Below the pieces are notes generated by a model. It saw only the letters and a program-made list of their open reading frames with translations, was not told the DNA's origin and did not search any database. From Pseudogymnoascus verrucosus (Eukaryota): a DNA stretch of 64,000 nucleotides. Below are positions 24,565 to 36,191 of this stretch, piece after piece (the stretch's first letter is position 1; each line of letters starts with the position of its first letter). Location of the stretch: NCBI GenBank assembly GCA_001662655.1, contig KV460255.1; one strand, 5' to 3'. The translations under genes were made by a program, and so were the position numbers.

Positions 24565-27196
24565 TCAGACCGCATCTCTTGCTGCCAGAGCCCGAAGAGT
24601 GTCTATTGCAACCTTGCAGGCCTGTTTTACCCGTAGCTTCTCATCCTTCCCCCCAGCGATATCGGTCTTCTTGACCACTTTCTGGATGAAGTACTGTAAG
24701 CCAGTCATCATCGAGGGGGTATCCTGTACTCGTCCAATGAGGGTTGCAATGGCGGTCTTGTCGCCCACCTTGGCTGGCTGCTTTTGCGGGTGCAAAAACA
24801 TTGAGATGAATAGAACCTCCACGAATGTCTGTGTCTTAGGTTGTAGGTAGGTCAAGTTCAAGTTCTTTAAGATCGAGATGGTGAGCCCGCCGTCAACAAT
24901 TAAAGCGCCAAACATTTTTGCCAGGTTGACAATTTGCCGAGTTGACAAAGCGTCCTCATCATCCTCATCGGGCACATCGTCTTCATTGTCTCCTTCTCCC
25001 ATCTTCTTAAACAAGTCCCACAGACTGAACTGGAAAGCCATCTTGAGTTTTCGGTCGCCACAGAGCTTCTTGGCGATGAGAGTGTAAAATGGATTGTAAC
25101 TTGCTTCTGCACCGGAACAGTGAATAAGAACCTTTGGAATCTCAAGTTCTTGTGATTTCTTAAGCTTCAGCTTATTCAGCCTCATATATGCATCTTGAAA
25201 GTCGGACGCAGACATGATGGCAATGAAGATGGCCCTCCGGACGTCTGTGTTCATCCGCTGCTCCCTTGCAAGCTGACCAAGGTCGGTTGTTCGGGTGTCC
25301 ATTGCGATATCATCTGCAACATCGACTTCTCTTGCTTGGCTAGTTGGCTGAGATGGCACTCCATCACGGTTCGCAGCCTCATTTCCAGTCCAGCTAGCAC
25401 CGACCAGCCACCATTTGCCTTTACTGTCCGACTGTCGGATATCGTCCAAGCCAATACGTAAAGGCTCGCTGCTCTTCAAACTTCTGGAATTCAGTGTGCC
25501 CAAGGTCTTCTTCATCCTGATGGTGTGCTCGGAAATGACCGCTGAGGCTGCTGCACCCGTCTTCATCTTATTATTCTTCAGGTCGTTGATGGTTTCGATC
25601 ATGAACTTTGTCCTCACGGACATGTTCTCTTCGCCACCAGCCTTCTCAACGGCAGGCCGGAGCATGATGACAATATCCTTGAGCGATGATGGGTCGTTCT
25701 GGCGTAACTGCGGTCCAGAAGTTCGGATCATCTTGAGGAGTAGCTCCGTATTCAGCTCTGAAAAAGTACCAAGAAACATGCGAATGTAATCAAACACGAG
25801 GGTGCTTCCAATGACCTGGAAATTATAGAGTTCCGAAACAAGGGTTATTAAGTTTGAAGTCTCCTTGGTGTCCCCAACTCCCGCGATATTCGAATAGAAC
25901 TTGTCAAAGCGCTCCACGATTTGTTGTATGACTTGTGTTCCGAAATCAGCTCCAATGACCTTGTACACCGCCGATATGAACCCAGCAAGCAGGATAATAT
26001 GAGTGTTCGACAACGCCGCTGGTTCGCAAACTGATACCAACAGTATATCGACGAGTGTTGAGCTGACGTGCTGACGTGCATTATTGCGGTATATAGTCTC
26101 TACCTCCCCTAGTATCGATATGAGGTTTGCTTCAGTCAATTTATTGACTAGACCTTGTATTTGCCTTCGTAGTCGCGCAAGATCTTCAGACTCTGATGCG
26201 GATTGTTTCCGTAACGAAGGGGGCATATATTTGGCCGATGCAACTGCCCCTGGCGCAGTGGGAGGGAGATATGGATTCTCACGCACCCTCTTGGGCTCTT
26301 CCGGTTCATCGAATTCGGAAAACTCTGAATCCTCGTCGTTATTTCCGCCAATATCGCTGTCCATATCGTCGTCATCCATGCCAAGGTCGCTCCCTTCATC
26401 GCTCTGCAATCCGAATTCGTCAGACTGGTCCGAGTCCACACTCTCAGCATCGCTGTCACCCATGTCCTCGTCCGAAACCTCGGGGACATCCTGCGCTTTC
26501 ATCTTCCGTGCCTTCTTCCTCTTCATATCCAGCCACTCATCTCCCTCCGACTTCCTCTTTCTCTTCTCCACCAACTCCTCGTCCTCACCGCCAACCAGCT
26601 CATCTATCCCACCCAGCAGTTCATCAAGTCCATCGTCTCGAAATGCTTGCGGTAGAGCCTTTTTGCCTTTAATGCCGAGCTTTTTCTCCAACAGCGCGAT
26701 CTCCTCGTCGTCTTCTGCAAGTTTATCCAGCACGGCGCGAGAGGGCCTCTTCGGTGGCGGGGTCGGGGATCTAAGACGTTCTGCCGCCGGTATTCGTTTA
26801 CTCGGTTTATTACTTGCTTGCGAAGCAGTCTTCAATATAGATTTAAGCTTTGGTTCCGGCGCAGCTTGGGGCTCTTTCGTGTCGCGGCTTTCTTTGGTTG
26901 AGTTCGATGCCTCGGTGCTCGTAGACGAACGAACTGGCTCGCGGCCTCGAGGGTCGTTCACCTTTGGCTTCTTGAAAGGCGGTTGCCCGGATCTTGACAC
27001 CTTCTTCTGGACTCTCTCTGCCTTCCGCCTGTCCTTGCGGTCAAGAGGCCGTTGCTGTTTCCGGTATCCAAGAACATCTAGATCGCCATGAGCGCCACTC
27101 CTTAATTTTTTTGGTAGGCATTAAAATCTACATACCTTTCCCACCCAACTCCTCAATAATCTTCGCCGGCAGCTTTAATTGGTCTCTTGGTGGCAT
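24565..27196 (-). CDS. SGD1: Sgd1/NOM1 nucleolar MIF4G plus MI domain protein; 2 exons
   Basis: ATG 27196, intron ~27135-27078, acidic N-terminal region. Motifs KYMPPSLR, G.VNKLTEANL, R.KFMIETI.DLKNNK, KGKWWLVGASW, RMNTDVRRAIF. Confidence 0.9.
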
Positions 27197-27402
27197 CTTT
27201 AATCCGTGGTGATTGCTCTGGAGGAATTATTTTTTGACGAGGCGGACAAAATTGACAAGGCTAGACATGGGCGGTATCGAAGGGTGGGGAAATTCTGGCA
27301 GATAAGATCCGTCCGCCGTCCGTGCCCCACAACCACGACGACGACAGCCATATGATTTTAACCCCACCGTTGAGAGCCATGATGGTCGCATGTTAAGTCA
27401 CC

Positions 27403-27930
27403 ATGGCCGCGCCTCTCACCAACGATGAGGTAAGTTGAGAAAATAAATATCTGTATAGCACCCTGTCTAACTTACAACGTTAGTTTTTTACCAAGCTCTC
27501 GGAGCTCTTCGACAAGAACAGGTCCGAAACCCAAGGATCTGTCTTCTTAACCCAGAAGCGCTGTGAGTTTCCCACCTTACTGCTGCGCAGCCACATACAC
27601 CTCAAGATCTCAAATAGCTAATATCCCAAAGTGACATACTCAGCTCCCTCCGACACCTTCCCCGCGCAAGCCGACGCGGCATCCTTCCCCGACCTTGCGC
27701 CCACACAACCCCTTACCCTCCTCATACGGGCCACAGATGGCAAGCACAAGTCCAAAGTGCGCCTCTCGACCATTGTCACCGCAGATGCCCTGGAGGGCTT
27801 TTTCAGCAGATACGCCGAGGTGTGCAAGGCCGGCATGTCGGGATTGAAGAAGCGCGATAGGAGTAAGGCGAAGGCGAGGCAAAAGGCGAAGAAGAAGGTG
27901 GTTGTCCCGGCGGGCGAGGAGAAGAAGTGA
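27403..27930 (+). CDS. SRP14: Signal recognition particle subunit SRP14; 3 exons
   Basis: MAAPLTNDE|FFTKLSELF...GSVFLTQKR|LT...LLIRATDGK..KVRLSTIV...MSGLKKRDR. Introns 27430-27483 and about 27562-27631. Confidence 0.93.
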
Positions 27931-28389
27931 AGCTAGAGCATAGAGGGTTGGCGTTGGAGGTATATGAATATATGGAATAGATGGCCGGACGTACGTTTGG
28001 GTCATTGTTTTTAAGATGCATCACTGGAGACGAGGTTTATGAATCCAATGGACGTGAATTATTCTCCTATGCGTGTATACCGTTCTATGAAAGCAAGCTC
28101 CACTGCTAATATCGATACAACGTCAGTGATAATGCTGCGCCCGTCTTCCTCTTAGGCCCCTTTTCCAGCAGAAGCAGAACTTACTGCTGCTCTCGGATTA
28201 GCTCTACAATTCTGGACAAAATATCGAAATTCATATCCTCCATTATTATTAGCTTTCAGCGTTGGATCGTGTTTCTAATATCCAGAGAAACCACTGTTAG
28301 CATGCCACGAATATAAAACCAGACGTCACCTTTATTTGGCAGCTCCATGTCCCCCTTCTCTTCGCCCTTCTCTACTTGCCTCCAGCAAA

Positions 28390-28674
28390 TTACCCACGCC
28401 TTCTCCTCTCCACGCTCCCGTCCTCGCCCTCAATCTCCCCACCAACCTCTCTTCTTCTTCCACCCCCCTCCCCCTCTCCAGCTTCCCCTCTAAACTCTGC
28501 CTCACACTCCCCACAAACCCCCTCCACCTCAACAACCCCCCCAATAAAAAGACAACAACTCAGCCTACACCTCGCCCTCGGATCCATGTCCTCACAGAAC
28601 GCCGCGTTCTTGGTGATGATCCACTTCTCGCGGTTGCAGCAGTCCGGGAAGCGGTAGCGTTTTATTTCGCACAT
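28390..28674 (-). CDS. Small Cys-rich hypothetical protein (94 aa)
   Basis: ATG in ATCATG context; MC...CC...C...C..CC...CxxC followed by an E/G/R tail. TATAAAA on the minus strand at 28874-28868. Confidence 0.45.
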   Translation of the reverse strand: MCEIKRYRFPDCCNREKWIITKNAAFCEDMDPRARCRLSCCLFIGGVVEVEGVCGECEAEFRGEAGEGEGGGRRREVGGEIEGEDGSVERRRRG

Positions 28675-29430
28675 GATGCTGTGGCGAGGGGGTATTGGGG
28701 GTAGGTATGCTGTTCGGAAATATGTTGTGATCTGGTAGAGATTCGTTCCCGTGTCTATATGGGAAGTTGGGAGTGTGTATCATATTCTCGGCGTTGGCTC
28801 GTTGGCGATATGGATGATGATGATGATGGAGAGTGTAAGAAACGAAGGGCTGCGGGGTTGCTGGGCATTTTATAAACATAGTCATAGTGATTCACCGGTA
28901 CGGGCAATATGCGTATATGAATAATATCTTATAATCATGATACTGTTTGCTTCAAAAGTGACGACCATTGGGCAGCTATGTAATTCTCTGCACGCAGCGG
29001 CACCATGGAGACTGACTACGCCGGGATAACATTTCATCTCCACACAAGAAGGGTATACGCGCATTTTGGGATTCAACTTTCATTTGATTCCTTGCAGTCT
29101 AGAATTAAAAAGAGCCAGGCCGTGCGGATTGCAAAACTTCCAGTTAAAGAACACCAAAACTTTTTTTTTGGTTTGAATACAACGAAAAAAATCCAGCGAT
29201 TACAACCTCACACCCCCCTCCCAAGCCTTGAGCTCCCAAGAGTGTCCTTCCCTTAATTCCCCACCCCCAATTTGTTAAATAAAGCAGCATTCCCCATCGA
29301 AAGAACAAGAACGACAAAAAATGTCAAAATAGCGAAAAATCTGTCTGGCGTTGGCCAAACGTGCTCGCTTCAACCTTGTATATATGCCAGAAAAGGCAAG
29401 AATGATAGCGAAGATTTTCCGTATCTCCCC

Positions 29431-31876
29431 TTACATGATCTGGTCTTGCGTCAGGCCGGTGGCTTCGGTGTCCATGGCCATGGCGTCAGCGCTTCCGGGG
29501 GTCTGGTACTTGACGAAGCTCAGGCCAAGAGGGCGGCCACCGTATTGGTATCCAGAGAACTTGGAGATGGCGGTGTCGGCGTTGTCGACAGTGTCGAAAC
29601 GAACAACACCAGTGCCGCGCGAACGTCCATTGGGCTCATATTGGATCTCGGCCTGCTCAACCTTGCCGATTGTAGTGAAGAGCTCAACGAGATCCTCATT
29701 GCTGGTGGACCAAGGCAACTAGAATTGGCGTTAGTGGTGTAGTAAAGGAGAGAATAGAATGGCTACATACGTTGCGGACATAAATGATCTCATTTCTGTC
29801 AGTTCCAGCCGTGGCAAAATCGGTGAATGGGTTAGGAGGAGCAGTCGAGGCAGGGCCAGCATCGTAGCCACCACCACCACCTGGAGCGCCGCCAAAGTTA
29901 CCGCCAAAGCCTCCACGGCCTGGGAAGCCGCCGCCGAAGCCGCCACGACCAGCAAATGGAGCACCACCGCGACCGCCAAAGCCACCACCGAAGCCTCCTC
30001 GAGCACCGCCGAAGCCGCCACGAGGAGGGAAGTTGCCAGCGAAACGATCCTCGCGGACCTCCAGTGGGCGGCCCTGCCAATCGTAACCATTGAACTGCTG
30101 GATAGCGTTGCGAGCATCATTTGGAGACTCAAAGGCAACGATACCCGAGCCCTTTGGACGGCCATCCGGACCGATGTGGACATCGGCGCGAATGACAGCA
30201 CCTTCACGAGCTGTTTTCCTACTGTTAGTTTTGTTGACGAGAACATGGCCATTTGCTAGCTACGGAGAAGAAAGAGAACATACCCGCTTGACGGAACAGG
30301 TCCTTCAGATCTTGCCAACCTACAGTGTAAGGGAGCTATCGCAGCCAAGTTAATAAAGGTTTCCAACACAAGTTGACAAAACTGAAGAAGGATCGTTAGG
30401 GGACAAACGTTGTTGACATAGATCTGGCGACCGCCACCGCCGCCACCACCACCACCCATATGTGGTGGTCCAAAGTTACCCCCGAATCCACCCCTTGGTC
30501 CGCCGTCGAATCCGCCGCGACCTCCCGTTGGAGGGGCTGTAAATCGAGGTTCGGCCTCGCGATCCTGGCACCATATCAGTCTCCATCAAACACACAACGG
30601 CTAGGTTTTTGATCTTACTTCACGAACGTAGACGAGTCTGCCCATGAGGTTCTGGTTGCTGAGTGTGTTGACAGCTTGTTGAGCTTGCTCCCTTGTAGCA
30701 TATTCCACAATTCTGAGATTGAGTTAGCACGCTTTCGTGATGAGTTGGTCGAGGACTGAGGAACTTACCCGCATCCCTACATAACCCACGGACAAAAGTC
30801 CAACCCGTCAATCCAACATTCCTTCAATAGCCAAGACAAAAGAAAGACCAGAAAACCAGCCACAGCTACGTGTAGGCGCCCACCTTCGACATTCCATTTG
30901 GAAGTAGTAAGACATCGGCAAAGAGAACTTCTCCAGCTGCAAACCAATCCCTATTAGCCCTCTATCCATCGTTTCAATTGCCGTCCTTTCACTAACCCTG
31001 TCTCATAAAATCTTTAAGGTGATGCCACTTCACATCGTATGCTAGGTTGCCGACGTAGACACGTCGGTCTTGCTGGGACGATTCGCGAACGGTCGACAGC
31101 ATTTGTTCTTTCGCAGCGGCGCGTTCCTCGAACGATCTCTGTGGGGCTCCTCCGTAGGCAGAGCCAGCTCCCGAGCCACCACCTGCGCCGACGCCTCCTC
31201 CGTTCATAGGTGTACGAGATCTGCGATCGTTCCTACGGTAGTCGTCGCGGCTTCTAGACCGGCTGCGGGGAGAGTACGAGCGACGGCGAACTGAACGACC
31301 CGGGCTTCTGGATCGACCACGGCGAGGCGAACGGGATCTCTCACGCTGCGATCGGTAAGTATCTGGCTGGACCATCAAGCTTGAAAGGGAACTGAGAAGT
31401 GGTATTGGAGAAGGAAGTTGAGAGGCAAGTGAGTTGAGGATGATGTTGGGTGGTGTCAGAGCCTTGTGCTGCGTGAATTACAAACGTATGGATTGCTGGC
31501 GGGGTTTAGGCCCGTCGCAACCCGGTCAAGCTTGACAATGGATGACACCGGTGTAGGGCTGATGACTTAGCTCGGTGGCGACATCGAGGTCTGTCCTGAT
31601 ATCGGGGTTGAAGATAGATTAAACGTTGAACTTACTGGGCGGTAGGTATCAACTTCGTCAGCTATATGGAAGCAAGATAGGTTAGCAAAGCCTCGAAGTA
31701 GAAAGGTACTTGAGAGGGTGGGGAAGAAAGAGAGGAAGAGGGAAAGAGAGAGAGACAAAGAAGACAGATTTGTTCGGAACAATAGCGACGAATGTCGATT
31801 GTGCAGTGAATAAGCCAGGTGGAGGTTGTGGTGGGGAGAGGTTGAAAGGTGGTGACAAGAATGGCAACGTACCCAT
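29431..31876 (-). CDS. GBP2: Gbp2/Hrb1-like SR-type RNA-binding protein (RS region plus 3 RRMs); 10 coding exons
   Basis: ATG 31876. Introns 31872-31662, 31635-31367, 30996-30937, 30883-30777, 30768-30713, 30618-30565, 30408-30336, 30283-30211, 29770-29719. Motifs [56 protein letters not shown]. Confidence 0.88.
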
Positions 31877-34454
31877 GATGATATGACGAGAGTATGGCCG
31901 TTCTAGTGTTCTATTAAGCACAACGTCTGGCACCGAGCTGCAAGACCCTTCGAGTAGGCTGCAGGACGACAGAAGCTAGGAATGCGCGGGTTCAAATGTT
32001 CCTGGGCGATGGGCTGCACAAGGATGTGTACAGCGAGTGTGTGGAAGACGAGAAGATTCGCGCCTGACGGGAAGCACGAATGGGAGGGAAAGTGTTATCC
32101 GGGATTAAGTCAACGGACGCGACAGGATTTCAGGCCGAGATATTTCGGCAAATAGATCGAACAAGGACAAAGCCGTATAAATCGTAAGTATCGGGAATTG
32201 AGGGGGGTGTGGTTCTGTTTGGGCGCGTCGCAGGAGAAGTTTTCTGTTTTTGTCGGGGGGACGGGGGAAGGATGATGGGTGGATGGGTTGATTGCGAGGG
32301 TGTCTTGGGGGGAGATACACTAGAGTACCGGCCAGTTGTTTGCCTTACTACCTGGGCTATTTCGATCTGGAGGCCCCAATGACGGATTAGCGACTTTGTT
32401 TAGGAGATTGGAGACAGGACAATAGGGTAACAGGTAGCGGCTTGTAGCATATGGAGCAAGGTGGAGAATGGAATAGATAGTTACAGTACAAGAAGTAGTG
32501 GAGGTACTCGTATAAACTGTATGGTATACTGTATGGGACTGTATGGGATACAGTATGCAGCAGGTAAGGTGGTGGGTGGTGGTAGCAGGAGTGGTCAGAG
32601 TGGTCAAGAATTGAGGTGGGGATAATGGGATGGGATGGATTTGAAGCCAGGGAGGAGCAAAGGGCGGAAGTACAGCGCAGTACAGTAACAAACACAGTAA
32701 TAGGACTGGACTAATACACTAATAATACATACAGTACAGCAACTACTGTACGTATGTATTATTATGTATGTAAAAGCAGGCACGCATAGCACGCTTAGCC
32801 TGCACACAACAGGACAAAGGACAAGTGTAATGTGCAGGATGGTGATGATGGTGATACTTACAGTACCCTCTCTTTAGCCGTGGAAGTGTCTCTTCTTGTC
32901 TCTTGCCTTCTTGTCTTCTTGAGTCTCTTTGTCTCTCCACCTTTCTTTGTTGTAAGACCCTTTGTCGTAGTAAGCGGCCTAGTTGTGTCGTACAAAGTGA
33001 AGAATGCTACAGCAGCGGGTTGGTTAGCCACCAGAACAGATCACAACAGATGGACCGACTATGGGCCTACCGACGCGTGTTCAACGAATGGAATCCACAG
33101 AATGGGCAGTCTCTCGGCTTGGGCTGCCAGAGGGATATGCAGGCATACGCGTGGGTAAATTGGTGTGCTCGCGGTGGGCCGAATCAGGAAGGCTTTGAGG
33201 GCTTTGAGGTCTTTTGGGAGGGTCCTGTAGGTCGTCTAGGTCGTCTAGGTCCTTGTCAGTGAGAGACAAGGAGACAGGGAAGAATGGGGGTTGCAGGAGT
33301 GTATTCCATGTACTCTTTTCTTGGTACAGCAGCGTACTTACCTGCGCTGTACTCTTCTTGGGCACAATCTTGACTTGCACTGGCGGCACGACTGATACAG
33401 GTGGTGGGATTGGGGTTGGGATTGGGATTGTTAGATGACAGTTTTGCCAATTGAACAGTAAAGAGAGATGAGTATAGTAGAGTAGGAGAAGTTTAAAGAG
33501 TAGAGAGGAAGGAAAGATGGAAGAAGGTAAGAGAGGGAAGTTAACAGTAGAACAGGCAACAGAGAGAGTGGGAGAGAGTACTCAACTACTCTACCACTTC
33601 ATACACGTAATTGTAGTTTCATATGGGTACATGTGCAGCATCAACACCATGGGAGATTATATGTATGTACAGTATGAAGCAGTTTCCAGTCTGTAGTACA
33701 CAGCTCCAGTCCATAACCATAGTCCATAATATGCGCTGATGTTCGGTCCGTTATGTCTCTTGAAATATTCTCTATGAATATTCTCTAGTTACTCTCTCTA
33801 TGGCACTCTGTACTCTATAAAACCCACTTGCAGACTCCCTGCTCTGGCTCTTGCTTCTAGAGTATCACACACAGCACAGTTGAACAGGCACATAGCACAC
33901 ACAATACCTGTTCTCTCCCATGCGCCTGAACAATACTGTTGGATCATCCAAGGTGGGTGGCGGGTAAGGCTGACTGACACCTATCACTCATATCCACCTA
34001 AATGCGACACTGCCATTCTGCCTGTACTCACAGCCAACTCTCACAGCACATGAAGCGCACAGCTTACACTCGCCGGCAAGGCTCACAGCCAACACACTCA
34101 CCCACAGCAATGAGAGGCATTTATGGCAAAGGCAGACTACGAGAGCCGCTGCGCCGATAAAGGCCGCCAACAGGACATAACGACATCCAAGGTGGACCAC
34201 GCACTTTCACACTTTCAGAACGGACGGACATGCAGCATGCGGGTGCTACTGCAGACTACTAAATAACACGGCACCGTACCCGCCCACACAGTCCACAATC
34301 CGGCCCTCACTTTAGCCACTTGCAGTTACTGATTGCCAACGCAAGTCGACGGGTCCAACAACGGCTCAACGGTCTATTCAGGTACTCACTCACTGACTCT
34401 ATCCGCCGGGTACTTTGGAAGACACCAAGGTGGCTGAGATGAGACAGAGAGAGC

Positions 34455-34508
34455 AGACAGCAAGGTCACGGAAGACAGCAAGGTCGCAAAAGACACCAAG
34501 GTCACGGA
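34455..34508 (+). repeat. 18-bp tandem repeat x3 (AGACASCAAGGTCRCRRA)
   Basis: agacagcaaggtcacgga / agacagcaaggtcgcaaa / agacaccaaggtcacgga. Confidence 0.85.
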
Positions 34509-35048
34509 TATTCGGGGCTAGGAGGAAGAATAATCTGGGTCAACAGAGAACCCCCTTTCTATCACTCTGTGGAGCATTTAATAGTCTAGAATATGGATGT
34601 TGAACAACAGACTGTACTCTTGCTGTATGGCATACGGCATACGACACAGCACAACACATATGCATCTGTGACGTCGACGACGACAAAAGGAATACGACTT
34701 CCACTCCGGCTGACGATATTATGAGGCACAAGAAGTACTTATTTTCTTCAGTTTCTCAAAATATAAGAACTCTTGAGAAATTTAATAGGCGTGACTGTAT
34801 ATTAAAACCACCATTCCCATACAAGAACCGTACTGTAGAAACAAAACCACATCCTGAGCTCGGCCCTTCAGTAACCACCACCCGGCTACCCGCGCATTCA
34901 CCGCCACCACCACCAACTGACAGCGGATCATCAATTCACCGACCCCCAAAATCCCCCAGGTCCCCGAAGTAAACCCGACAACAACCACCATCAACAACCC
35001 TTACCACGCCCTCCAACCCTCTCAGTGCCAAATACACCCTCACCCCAG

Positions 35049-35831
35049 ATGGCGACCCCAATGGCGACCTCCCTCCGCCTCCTCCGCCTGCGTCCACGCA
35101 CCACCACACCCCTCACCTCAACCCTCACCACCCGCACCTACCACTCCGGCGATCACCCTCCCCCGCCGGGCCCATTCAACGCCATCGAAACCACCATCCT
35201 CTCCTCCTCCCTCCCCCACATCCCCGTCCACGGCTTCACACCCACGTCCCTCCACCTCGGCGCTAAAGACGCGGGATACCTCGATGCGTCTACCAACCTC
35301 TTTCCGGGGGGTGCGTTCAGTCTAGTGCAGTACTACCTCTACACCCAGCGCCAGGCCCTCGCCTCGCGGACCGACATCACAAACCCCGTCGTGGATCCGA
35401 GTAGCAAGACCAGGCCACCGGGTGTAGGCGCCAAAGTCAAAGCCCTAACCTGGGCGCGGCTCCAAGCCAACGCCGGCGTAGCATCCAAGCTCCCCGAAGC
35501 TCTAGCCCTCATGTCACTCTTCGGCAACATCCGCCCCTCGCTGAAGGAACTACATCTTCTCTCTGACGAAATATGGTTTTTGGCGGGAGACGTGGCGGTT
35601 GATTCGAGCTGGTACACTAAGCGCGCGAGTCTGGGGGCGGTGTATGCGGCGAGCGAGGTGTTTATGAGTACGGATGCCAGTGAGGGGTTTGGGGCGACGA
35701 GGGAGTTTTTGGAGAGGAGGTTTGAGGATAGTAGGGTGGTGGGGGAGGCGGTGGGAGGGGTGGGGGAGTGGGTTGGCTTTCAGGCGGGGGCGGCGGTGAA
35801 TTTGTTGAGGAGTAAGGGGGTTAGGATTTGA
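35049..35831 (+). CDS. COQ9: Ubiquinone biosynthesis protein Coq9, mitochondrial
   Basis: Arg/Thr-rich presequence. Motifs ILSSSLPHIPVHGFT and LSDEIWFLAGD...DSSWYTKRASLGAVYAASEVFM..D.S..F..T.EFL.RR. Confidence 0.92.
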   Translation: MATPMATSLRLLRLRPRTTTPLTSTLTTRTYHSGDHPPPPGPFNAIETTILSSSLPHIPVHGFTPTSLHLGAKDAGYLDASTNLFPGGAFSLVQYYLYTQRQALASRTDITNPVVDPSSKTRPPGVGAKVKALTWARLQANAGVASKLPEALALMSLFGNIRPSLKELHLLSDEIWFLAGDVAVDSSWYTKRASLGAVYAASEVFMSTDASEGFGATREFLERRFEDSRVVGEAVGGVGEWVGFQAGAAVNLLRSKGVRI

Positions 35832-36191
35832 GGGAAGGGGGTAGGATTGTATGATGAACAAGCTGGGGGGGGGGGGTGTGGATTGTATGATATGGATGGC
35901 TGTTCGATTATTGAAAATAGAGTGGGATGGTCGGCGAGAATGGGTTGCGATATTCAAATCACTGTATCATGAGCAGGCATGGCTTCGAAGCTTTAGAGGG
36001 TATATTCAAGGCGCATAGCAATCAATGAAAGCGCTTGCTGAGCCATTAGTATTTTCATATGCTGAAACTAAAGTACTGTACAAGAAGAGAAATGAAGGCA
36101 TATCAGCTACATGCCGAATATGAATAGAAGGCGAAGATCGTCCATCGTCGTAGCAAGGGATTTCAAGTGCGTTTAAGCCATAATGCGATGA

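Noticed and set aside
26084..27091. 335-aa Ser-rich plus-strand ORF
   Set aside because: Mirror of the acidic GAN-codon region of SGD1.
30211..30262. Upstream TAG acceptors in GBP2 intron 8 giving an in-frame 45-nt extension
   Set aside because: The intron would be under 30 nt; the canonical ACTAAC branch point supports the acceptor at 30211.
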